This document shows positions 9,128-16,184 of a stretch of 64,000 bases of DNA, piece after piece. Origin of the DNA: a virus; the IMG/VR virus record IMGVR_UViG_3300028392_001993, positions 32,001 to 96,000 of that record; one strand, given 5' to 3'. Position 1 is the stretch's first letter. Every line of letters begins with the position of its first letter. A program made the translations under genes and the position numbers. The notes under the pieces were generated by a model. That model had not been told where the DNA came from. It ran no database searches and saw only the letters and a list, made by a program, of their open reading frames with translations.

Positions 9128-9361
9128 ATGAACAAATATATAGAAAAAATCCCACGCAGTTTTGCCAAGGTGCTGAGCTGGCGTATTATCATTATTGGTC
9201 AATACATTGGCATTGGGTATTTTACTACCGGTAGTCTTGCATTTGGTGTTGGCCTTGCTGGGGTCACCACTGTGGTAAACAGTTGCCTGTATTTTTTCCA
9301 CGAACGTGCTTGGAACCGGGCAGGATGGGGCAAAGATGCAGTCACTCCTGCTGTCGAATAA
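9128..9361 (+). CDS. DUF2061-like small membrane protein
   Basis: RSFAKVLSWR...YFFHERAWN motifs. Confidence 0.75.
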   Translation: MNKYIEKIPRSFAKVLSWRIIIIGQYIGIGYFTTGSLAFGVGLAGVTTVVNSCLYFFHERAWNRAGWGKDAVTPAVE

Positions 9362-10562
9362 AGATCGTTATGGTTACTATACTGTGGGCAAGTTCAAAAC
9401 CTACAGCAAACTAGAGGCCATAGAACACAGCGGAAAAGTTCACCTGCCGGTCAAGTGGAACTTCAACTGTGACACATTTGAAAAGTTTGACTGGACACAA
9501 GAACCTCCGGGTAGTCTAGACTTTTGGTATGCGGCTCGTGCTAGGCAAATAAGAGAAAAATACGATTATCTTGTGCTGTGGTATTCCGGCGGCGCAGATA
9601 GTCATAATGTTCTCATGAGCTTTGTAAAAAATAATATCTTCATTGACGAGATTGCACAATTTCATAACTTAGCCGGTGAAAAAGGCAACAAGCAATCCTG
9701 GGTCAATGAAGAAGTATTTGCGACTTCAATTCCTACTACTCAGTCCCTAATAGAAAACAATCCTGTATATCGCAACACAAAACACAGACTAGTAGACTTG
9801 TCAGAGTTAGAATTTGATCTACTAAAAATAGACGATAACAAGTGGGATTACTTTTACAAAGTCACAAGATTTCTTAGCCCCAATACTCTAGCGCGAAGTT
9901 ACAAAAGAGAACTTATCCCTGACTATCAGATCTTGATGGATCAAGGCAAAAGCGTTTGTTTTATACATGGCTCTGAAAAGCCCAAGGTAGAAAATCGAAA
10001 CAACAAATGGTACATGGTGTTCAACGACTGCTTGGACAATGTGGTAACCCCAAGAACGCAGATGTTAAATCGAGAGTGGGAACATGATGAATTATTTTAC
10101 TGGTCAGACGAACTGCCACAACTGGTTGCCAAACAAGCACATGTGATCAAAAAGTTCATGTCTCAACTTACTCCCGACAAAGCTGACAATGTGAATGTGT
10201 TTAGCGATCAACGCAGTAAAAAAATTCCCGATATTTCATACAGCAATATTGTAATTGATTCTGTTGAATACCGGCTTCTGCCCGACGGCTTACATCAACT
10301 GATCTATCCTGACTGGAATCCTAACTTTATTGTGTGCGGCAAAACCCCCAGTGCCGCATATAGCAATAGAGATACCTGGATGTTTGATAGTATTGCTCCT
10401 GATCTAGGACAACGTTATTATAACCGTGGGTTATTGCATCTTAGACAACTAGTGAAACGTGCCAATCCAGACTATTGGTTTGAATATCCATATGATCCTG
10501 CATCCGGTATTCCTTATAATGGTGGCATGCAACACATGTACAACCGATACTGTATAACTTAA
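9306..10562 (+). CDS. PP-loop (adenine nucleotide alpha-hydrolase superfamily) protein, paralogue 1
   Basis: YLVLWYSGGADS PP-loop; ELFYWS..P...KQAH block; true start may be the internal Met at 9333. Confidence 0.7.
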   Translation: MLGTGQDGAKMQSLLLSNKDRYGYYTVGKFKTYSKLEAIEHSGKVHLPVKWNFNCDTFEKFDWTQEPPGSLDFWYAARARQIREKYDYLVLWYSGGADSHNVLMSFVKNNIFIDEIAQFHNLAGEKGNKQSWVNEEVFATSIPTTQSLIENNPVYRNTKHRLVDLSELEFDLLKIDDNKWDYFYKVTRFLSPNTLARSYKRELIPDYQILMDQGKSVCFIHGSEKPKVENRNNKWYMVFNDCLDNVVTPRTQMLNREWEHDELFYWSDELPQLVAKQAHVIKKFMSQLTPDKADNVNVFSDQRSKKIPDISYSNIVIDSVEYRLLPDGLHQLIYPDWNPNFIVCGKTPSAAYSNRDTWMFDSIAPDLGQRYYNRGLLHLRQLVKRANPDYWFEYPYDPASGIPYNGGMQHMYNRYCIT

Positions 10563-11753
10563 ATGAGTTCAATAAAATTAGAAAACAATCCCAAACTAGG
10601 GTATTATAAAGTAGGCGACAAAACGTTCTACAGCAAGCCCGAGGCCTTGGTCGAAGCAACCAAAACCAATCAGTTTCCTGAGTGGAATTTTAGCCGCCAC
10701 ATCTTTGATGCAGTGAACTGGCTGGTAGAACCGCAGACTGATCTGCGTATGTTGTATCGCATACGTGCTCAACAACTGCGTGACCGGTATGACTGGATTA
10801 GAGTAGAAGCCAGCGGCGGCGGCGATTCAACCACTGCGGTGTTGAGTTTTCTCAACAATGGCATTCACCTGGATGAAGTTGTGTTTCGTTATCCCAAGAC
10901 CGGAGAGAAGGATGTACACAACGACCCATTCAATACCAAGTGTGAAAACACTCTAAGCGAATGGGAGTTTGCTGCCAAGCCCTTGCTACAATGGATTGCC
11001 ACTCACCACTCCACAGTAAAAATTACTGTGCATGACTATTCAGAAAACATGCTGGAAGGTGGGGCAGACGAAACTTGGGTGTTCAACAGCAAAGATTATT
11101 TTCAACCAGGACATGCATTCAAGCACGACAACATTGGCTTGATCGATCATCGTCGTGATGCAGATGCAGGCAAGAGCATTTGTGTGTTGTATGGCATCGA
11201 CAAACCCAAGATGTGTATCCGAGATGGCCGTTGGTTTGTGTACTTTATGGATCTACAGGCCAATCATTCTAATTCTGTAGTGTACGAATACACCAACATC
11301 ACCAACGAGTATTTTTACTGGACCCCGGACTTGCCTGAGATTATACACAAACAGGCACACATCATCAAGAACTGGTTTAGTCTTCCGCAGAATCAATTCT
11401 TACAATATCTAGTGCGTTGGCCCAATCACTCTATTGCTAATCGTACTGCATACGAAGCCATGGTCAAACCCTTGATCTATCCAGACTATGATCCTGCTAC
11501 ATTTCAAGTTGCCAAGCCTACCAACAGTTTTTACAACGAAATGGACTTTTGGTTCTACAAAAACTTTCAAGAAACTCGAGCGTTCCAAATCTGGGAAGCA
11601 GGTTTAAAACTGTTGGTGGACAACATTGATTTGAAATATTTTAACACTGAACTAGGACGTCCTGTGGGGTTCATAGGATTCCTCAGCCCATTCTACGATT
11701 TGGGTCCGGCTCAATATGTAAACACCGGGGTGAATAATTTTTCAAAATTCTAA
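10563..11753 (+). CDS. PP-loop protein, paralogue 2
   Basis: SGGGDS motif; EYFYWTPDLP...KQAH block. Confidence 0.7.
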   Translation: MSSIKLENNPKLGYYKVGDKTFYSKPEALVEATKTNQFPEWNFSRHIFDAVNWLVEPQTDLRMLYRIRAQQLRDRYDWIRVEASGGGDSTTAVLSFLNNGIHLDEVVFRYPKTGEKDVHNDPFNTKCENTLSEWEFAAKPLLQWIATHHSTVKITVHDYSENMLEGGADETWVFNSKDYFQPGHAFKHDNIGLIDHRRDADAGKSICVLYGIDKPKMCIRDGRWFVYFMDLQANHSNSVVYEYTNITNEYFYWTPDLPEIIHKQAHIIKNWFSLPQNQFLQYLVRWPNHSIANRTAYEAMVKPLIYPDYDPATFQVAKPTNSFYNEMDFWFYKNFQETRAFQIWEAGLKLLVDNIDLKYFNTELGRPVGFIGFLSPFYDLGPAQYVNTGVNNFSKF

Positions 11754-11918
11754 TAGAGCATAAGTAGAATCAGCAACGCCGATACAGTATCGACGTCGGA
11801 AACATATTGACGCCTGGGGTAGCGAAACCCTTTTACTGGTGTGTTACACATAGAACGCCGATCTCCGTAGCAGATTCTCTGCAAGCTCTTAAACTTATTG
11901 ACACTAACTTTAGGAGAA

Positions 11919-12836
11919 ATCATGTCAAAAATTCTAGCAACCTTGTTGGCTGCCATTGCCATCACCGCGGCTCAGGCTCGCGAAAACATCACAATCTTGT
12001 ATGCTTACAGCGCAGGTGATTCAGTAGCCAACTACCATCGAACCATTGCCAACGAAGCAAACAAGATCCAAGACCGATATAACTTTGTATTTGATGCCAA
12101 ACCCGGGGCCGGAGGTGCTATTGCATCCAACCAGGCACTGGGCACACCAAATACTATCTTGGCACACTCAACTGCGTTCTTTGTTCGTCCAGTTGTGTTT
12201 CCCAACGAAAGTTACGACATTGCTCGATTCCGGCAACAATACGTTCACTGTATGGCGCCCATGGCAGTGACCAGCAGTCGATATCGATCGCTGAAAGATG
12301 TTCCTACCACGGCTACCGTGGGTATCAGTGGCTTGGGAGTTACCACACACCTGGCTGCAATTGAACTCAAGAAAAAGTTTCCTGACCTGAACATTATCCC
12401 ATTCAAATCAACCACAGACTCAATGTTGAGCATGGTGGGTGGGCAAACTGACTTGCACATTGGTTTTATATCAGAAGCAGAGCAATGGAGCCGGGATAAT
12501 ACCAGCAGTGATCGCAAGGTCTCTGTGTTGGGTATTACTGGCAACAAAACAGTCAACGGTTATACTCCCCTGGCAAAACTGGGTCTTGATCCCAGTTTCG
12601 CTGACATGAATGTGGGGCATCACATGGTGCTTCCTGTCACAATTGATGATGCAAAACGCAAAGAGTTTTATGAAATTTTTGCCAAGGCCTCTCGAACAGA
12701 TGCAGTACGTGCGGCCTATGCTGTGGACTATTGCGAACCACAATCAGTCAAGTACGAAGACTTAAACAAGTTTTTTGTGTTTCATACTGAGTACTGGCGC
12801 AAATTGGCCAGTCAAGTTAAACTAGACAACAAGTAA
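11919..12836 (+). CDS. Tripartite tricarboxylate transporter substrate-binding protein (TctC/Bug family)
   Basis: Signal peptide; AKPGAGGAIA, SGLGVTTHLA, IPFKS motifs; GGAG RBS before 11919. Confidence 0.8.
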   Translation: MMSKILATLLAAIAITAAQARENITILYAYSAGDSVANYHRTIANEANKIQDRYNFVFDAKPGAGGAIASNQALGTPNTILAHSTAFFVRPVVFPNESYDIARFRQQYVHCMAPMAVTSSRYRSLKDVPTTATVGISGLGVTTHLAAIELKKKFPDLNIIPFKSTTDSMLSMVGGQTDLHIGFISEAEQWSRDNTSSDRKVSVLGITGNKTVNGYTPLAKLGLDPSFADMNVGHHMVLPVTIDDAKRKEFYEIFAKASRTDAVRAAYAVDYCEPQSVKYEDLNKFFVFHTEYWRKLASQVKLDNK

Positions 12837-12862
12837 ACACATCGGCAGATTCCCTGACTACT

Positions 12863-12870
12863 TATAAATA
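12863..12870 (+). promoter_or_regulatory. T4-type late promoter
   Basis: TATAAATA. Confidence 0.65.
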
Positions 12871-12889
12871 TAGCAGTTAGGAATTTGCT

Positions 12890-13069
12890 ATGAGCCGGAC
12901 ATTGATCTGGGTGTTGAGTTGGAGTGTGTTAGGACCAGTGCCTGAGTCGGGCGAACAAGCCAAGTTCAAAACTCAAGCAGAATGCGAACAGGCTCGAGTT
13001 CAAAAGCGTGAAGAATACCAGGCACAGAAAAAACAGATTGTGGCTAGTTGTCACCAGAGTACCAAATAG
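12890..13069 (+). CDS. 59-aa hypothetical protein, absent from the ORF track
   Basis: After late promoter and AGGA RBS; F.T.AEC motif. Confidence 0.6.
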   Translation: MSRTLIWVLSWSVLGPVPESGEQAKFKTQAECEQARVQKREEYQAQKKQIVASCHQSTK

Positions 13070-13070
13070 T

Positions 13071-13099
13071 TTGACATCAAATCAATTTTGTGGTATAAT
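13071..13099 (+). promoter_or_regulatory. Sigma70-type promoter of the tmRNA gene
   Basis: TTGACA-N17-TATAAT with overlapping TAAATA. Confidence 0.8.
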
Positions 13100-13105
13100 A
13101 AATAC

Positions 13106-13441
13106 TTGAACAGCGTAAACTGTTACTGAGAAAAGGATTCAAGACCCGGGGGCAGTGCCCGGCAGGTCCACCATAAGCATACTTAAATCTCTACAAAACC
13201 GAAAGGTTGGGATCAGGGCTGGTACACCGGATTACTCTAGGGAAACCTATAAGTGCGGATAGACCATAGTATGCTTTTGATGGGCCTGACACAGGATCGA
13301 TTGGGTCAAGAGTACAAGTAATGGCGCTCGGTAGGCGATGACCGTTAATCAAGCAAAACAAGTATCTGCAAACGATGATACATACCTCTTAGCCGCAAAC
13401 GCCTAAGAGCGAGGCAGTTATGCCTTGTAACCAAAAATAGC
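13106..13441 (+). ncRNA. ssrA: Circularly permuted (two-piece) tmRNA: acceptor piece ~13106-13173, intervening segment 13174-13281, coding piece from 13282, tag ORF 13368-13406 (ANDDTYLLAANA*)
   Basis: CAGGTCC-A-CCA pairs with downstream GGGCCTG including G3:U70; T-arm CCGGG-GGCAGTG-CCCGG; GCA resume codon with an AND...LAA tag. Confidence 0.9.
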
Positions 13442-13466
13442 AATAGGGACTTCGGTCCCTATTTTT
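13442..13466 (+). terminator. Intrinsic terminator after tmRNA
   Basis: AATAGGGAC-TTCG-GTCCCTATT-TTT. Confidence 0.85.
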
Positions 13467-14079
13467 ATGGGTATTGCCAAGTCCAGGAGCCATCTTGCTT
13501 ATAAAGTCGTGTTCTTCCTTTAACTTTAGCAGATAGTTTAGAGGCACCTTTTCTGCCATTTTCTGCCGCAGTTGGATTAGGCAATCCTTTATTCCACGGA
13601 GTCGCACCTTTATTTCTGGATACAGACGATGTATAATTTGAACCATTAAATTTTGCGGCACAGGATTGACTACACCAAGCCTTTTCTCTAATCGGGTGAT
13701 GACAAAACTCTATCTTACCAAATAAGTTAGAACATTGAATGCAGGTGTATTGTCGTGTCTCTTTTGGTCTAGTTTTAGTGCGTTTATTTTGAGCAGATAA
13801 CAATTTTGAATGCTCTATCCTTGCCTTCTCGTAATGTCTGTTCGAATACTTCTTTAATCTGCCCATTAGATTTACAGCATGCCATAATGTTCCGCCGTGT
13901 ATCTTCGCTAATAATATATGGGCTATATAATGCTCACGAGCAGTTAGATCAACCAAGTTAGAAGGTTCGTTAGTTCCTCCTAAACACTTTGGAATAATAT
14001 GGTGTTCTTCTTTGTAGCCAGTAGTAGTTCTAAGTTTGGCTCTTTCTATCAGCGATGTATAATGGTTTAAATAATTCAT
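13465..14079 (-). CDS. HNH homing endonuclease with C-terminal Zn-finger/NUMOD-like DNA-binding repeats
   Basis: EEHHIIPKCLGG.N..NLV.LT.REHYIAH motif; CSQSCAA; upstream CATAAATA on minus strand. Confidence 0.85.
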   Translation of the reverse strand: MNYLNHYTSLIERAKLRTTTGYKEEHHIIPKCLGGTNEPSNLVDLTAREHYIAHILLAKIHGGTLWHAVNLMGRLKKYSNRHYEKARIEHSKLLSAQNKRTKTRPKETRQYTCIQCSNLFGKIEFCHHPIREKAWCSQSCAAKFNGSNYTSSVSRNKGATPWNKGLPNPTAAENGRKGASKLSAKVKGRTRLYKQDGSWTWQYP

Positions 14080-14130
14080 AACTTTATTTATGCTTTCGTA
14101 GCCTAATATACCTCGTAACAGAAACCACCA

Positions 14131-14152
14131 AACCCGCTTCGGCGGGTTTTTT
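14131..14152 (+). terminator. Intrinsic terminator (identical core to 14527-14545)
   Basis: AACCCGC-TTCG-GCGGGTTTTTT. Confidence 0.85.
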
Positions 14153-14158
14153 AATTTG

Positions 14159-14166
14159 TATAAATA
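14159..14166 (+). promoter_or_regulatory. T4-type late promoter
   Basis: TATAAATA. Confidence 0.65.
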
Positions 14167-14186
14167 AATGATATTAGGAGTATAGC

Positions 14187-14510
14187 ATGAGCACCGATTT
14201 TTTAAAAAAATACATCGATATCATCAATGAAGCAGAACAACCACAAGTTCAACTTGATGAAGATGGTCCTTACAGCAAAAAGCAAATTAACTGGGTTATA
14301 AAATACAACCAGCATGACAAGTATGAGGGCAAGGGCGCAGTCTTTAATGTAGATTCCACTGCTAGAAAGGTACGTTGGAAACAACCTCTTAACTATGACG
14401 TAAAGGAATTTGAGAAGGTCGGCTTGGACGTATGGGACCGGAAATTGCGTCAAGCAGTCACTAACGCAGTCTTGGCCCAAATGCCCCCTGCCCCTGGGTA
14501 CGACAACTAA
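14187..14510 (+). CDS. Hypothetical late protein
   Basis: AGGAG RBS; N-terminal FLKKYIDIINEAE motif. Confidence 0.7.
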   Translation: MSTDFLKKYIDIINEAEQPQVQLDEDGPYSKKQINWVIKYNQHDKYEGKGAVFNVDSTARKVRWKQPLNYDVKEFEKVGLDVWDRKLRQAVTNAVLAQMPPAPGYDN

Positions 14511-14526
14511 TTTTCACAAACACCAG

Positions 14527-14550
14527 AACCCGCTTCGGCGGGTTTCTCTT
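14527..14550 (+). terminator. Intrinsic terminator
   Basis: AACCCGC-TTCG-GCGGGTTT. Confidence 0.8.
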
Positions 14551-14601
14551 GTCAACCCTTTCGAGGGCTAAGGCGTTGTATATGTATGTCAAGGAGACAT
14601 C

Positions 14602-14766
14602 ATGCAACATGCTATCAAATGTGACAATTGGGGAAAACCCGGCAAAAATGAAGTGGTGAGATTCATGCCTGTTAACTTGGCCAGGTTTAGAAACTGCCCA
14701 GACTGTGATCGTAAACGAATCACTGCTTGCAAAGATCCTGCTTGCAATCGAACCCGAAAGCCTTGA
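14602..14766 (+). CDS. 54-aa Cys-rich (CPDC...C...C) micro-protein, absent from the ORF track
   Basis: AAGGAG RBS; MQHAIKCDNWGK...NCPDCDRKRITACKDPACNRTRKP. Confidence 0.65.
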   Translation: MQHAIKCDNWGKPGKNEVVRFMPVNLARFRNCPDCDRKRITACKDPACNRTRKP

Positions 14767-14926
14767 CTCTTATACAATTCTCATATATAATACACTTATG
14801 AAACAAACAACTACAATCGTTACAATCGTTCGCTCAGAACATGAGTGGGATTGCCATTGGGGGCTTTGCCTGTAATACGAAAGTACTACCCTGCAAAGAC
14901 CCTCCACTTCGGAGGGTTTTCTTTTT
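14763..14926 (+). promoter_or_regulatory. Attenuator-like unit A: promoter, leaderless 25-aa leader ORF (14798-14875), antiterminator and terminator (14895-14926)
   Basis: TTGACT-N17-TATAAT; leader MKQTTTIVTIVRSEHEWDCHWGLCL; GGGGGCTTTGC (14859-14869) complementary to GCAAAGACCC; terminator GACCCTCC-ACTTC-GGAGGGTT followed by a U-tract. Confidence 0.7.
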
Positions 14927-14931
14927 AGTGC

Positions 14932-14960
14932 TAGACCATAAATTGAAACTCTGCTACAAT
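14932..14960 (+). promoter_or_regulatory. Second sigma70-type promoter upstream of the ncRNA/tRNA block
   Basis: TAGACC-N17-TACAAT with TG extension. Confidence 0.55.
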
Positions 14961-15048
14961 AGAACTTAACAAAGCAACAAAGTAGATCGATACTAGTTGT
15001 AACAGATCTTTAAAAATCGTATTTCATTTAGTCCTGGTAACAGGGACT

Positions 15049-15269
15049 ATATGAGAACACATTAGGGTTACCAGACCCGTTAGAGGCATTGGTAGAAGTG
15101 AATTGACACCGGCGGGTGTCCACTTGCTACCAGTCATGAAGCCGGCTCTCTACTGTAAAAAGTAGATCCAGAAAAGCGGCGGATCGTCTGGCAGTAATGA
15201 CCGTGGTGACTTGGTCTCGCAAGCCAAGCAGAACGAGATCCACAACGGTTCCCAAATGTTTTTTCATAT
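15049..15269 (+). ncRNA. Structured spacer RNA E1 (~220 nt), unknown family
   Basis: Closing helix ATATGAGAACACATT/AATGTTTTTTCATAT plus internal hairpins; abuts tRNA-Glu. Confidence 0.6.
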
Positions 15270-15345
15270 GGTGGGTTCATCTAGAGGCCTAGGATAGTGC
15301 CCTTTCACGGCATTCACACCGGTTCGAATCCGGTACCCACTACCA
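15270..15345 (+). tRNA. trnE-UUC: tRNA-Glu (UUC)
   Basis: Cloverleaf, GTGCC-CTTTCAC-GGCAT, CCA. Confidence 0.92.
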
Positions 15346-15782
15346 TACGAAAACACACTGGAGATAAGCAGGAACTTGTGGCCACGAGGTCGCCTCGTCC
15401 AGTGTGTTTTTATATGGTCACTATATAGAAATACATTGCCGAGGAGCGACGTCTTTACCATGGGCTCCGACCATAAAGAGAGGTAGTGTGTTTCTATATA
15501 GCAATCATATAGAAGTATTCTTGGCATAAGTCAAAGCGAGAGAAGAAGCCTAGTATCTGCAGATGCGAAAGTTTCAGTGGTGCAAGTCCCCTCCTAGGCC
15601 TGCTGTTGAGAGTGCTTCTATATGGTAGATGTTATAGTCAAGCATCGATAAGGTATCGTGTATGGACGCATACACTATTCGGGTCACAGCGGCCGGCGAC
15701 TGATCCTAATATAACTGCATCGGCTTTTGCACTCTTAGCGGAGGACGCATAAATTGGCATTCTCGGTGCTTGACTATGATAT
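15343..15782 (+). ncRNA. Tandem array of four stem-closed structured elements E2-E5 (15343-15417, 15421-15501, 15506-15624, 15629-15782)
   Basis: Each is closed by a 15-20 bp helix with related arm sequences and compensatory changes; interiors differ and contain hairpins. Confidence 0.65.
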
Positions 15783-15785
15783 TTT

Positions 15786-15860
15786 GGTCTGATAGTATAT
15801 CGGTTAGTATCCCACACTGTCACTGTGGGGAGACGGGTTCGATTCCCGTTCAGACCGCCA
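15786..15860 (+). tRNA. trnD-GUC: tRNA-Asp (GUC)
   Basis: Cloverleaf, CCACA-CTGTCAC-TGTGG, CCA. Confidence 0.92.
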
Positions 15861-15861
15861 A

Positions 15862-16178
15862 GTTTGAAGCCACACCGCCTGGGCACTTCTCTCAGTAATG
15901 AGACACTAGGTCCTGCAACCGTGGCTTCTCCCCAACGTTCCAGCGTCACTGGATAGTCTGACCCAGACGATGAGAAGTGTGATGACACACACGGGTGGTT
16001 CTGAAACGGCGAAGTTTCACTGAGCAATCAGCGGTCTAACCTAACCGGCGTTGGCAATACGAGAACGGTCCCTGTCGAGAAGCGGGTGGAAGGTGTGACG
16101 AAAATACTTGTGTGGCAGTCCATGACGAGCCTAACAAATTTTCTATCTCACTATAATTACCGCCGGGGGACGCAGAGC
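15862..16178 (+). ncRNA. Large ornate ncRNA candidate (~310 nt), family unassigned
   Basis: At least 7 hairpins (GNRA loops) and long-range complementarities in a GC-richer, non-coding tract. Confidence 0.6.
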
Positions 16179-16184
16179 ACTTGA

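Noticed and set aside
9306-11753. Calling the PP-loop proteins TilS because a tRNA-Ile2(CAU) is present
   Set aside because: Only the SGGxDS loop is shared; other TilS motifs (for example H..DD..ET, RPLL) were not seen
13389-13661. Minus-strand 90-aa ORF
   Set aside because: Out-of-frame shadow of the HNH gene running antisense over the tmRNA end
15343-15782. CRISPR array interpretation of the repeated stem arms
   Set aside because: Arms are inverted pairs, only loosely similar, and the interiors are 40-190 nt and structured; there are no identical direct repeats and no cas genes
15264-16027. Minus-strand ORFs 15264..15527 and 15638..16027
   Set aside because: They lie antisense to tRNA-Glu, tRNA-Asp and structured RNA, with no RBS or recognisable motifs
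15862-16178. RNase P RNA or group I intron
   Set aside because: No GAGGAAAGUCC/AACAGAA-type RNase P motifs, no clear P7 core, and no interrupted host gene; left unassigned pending a covariance search
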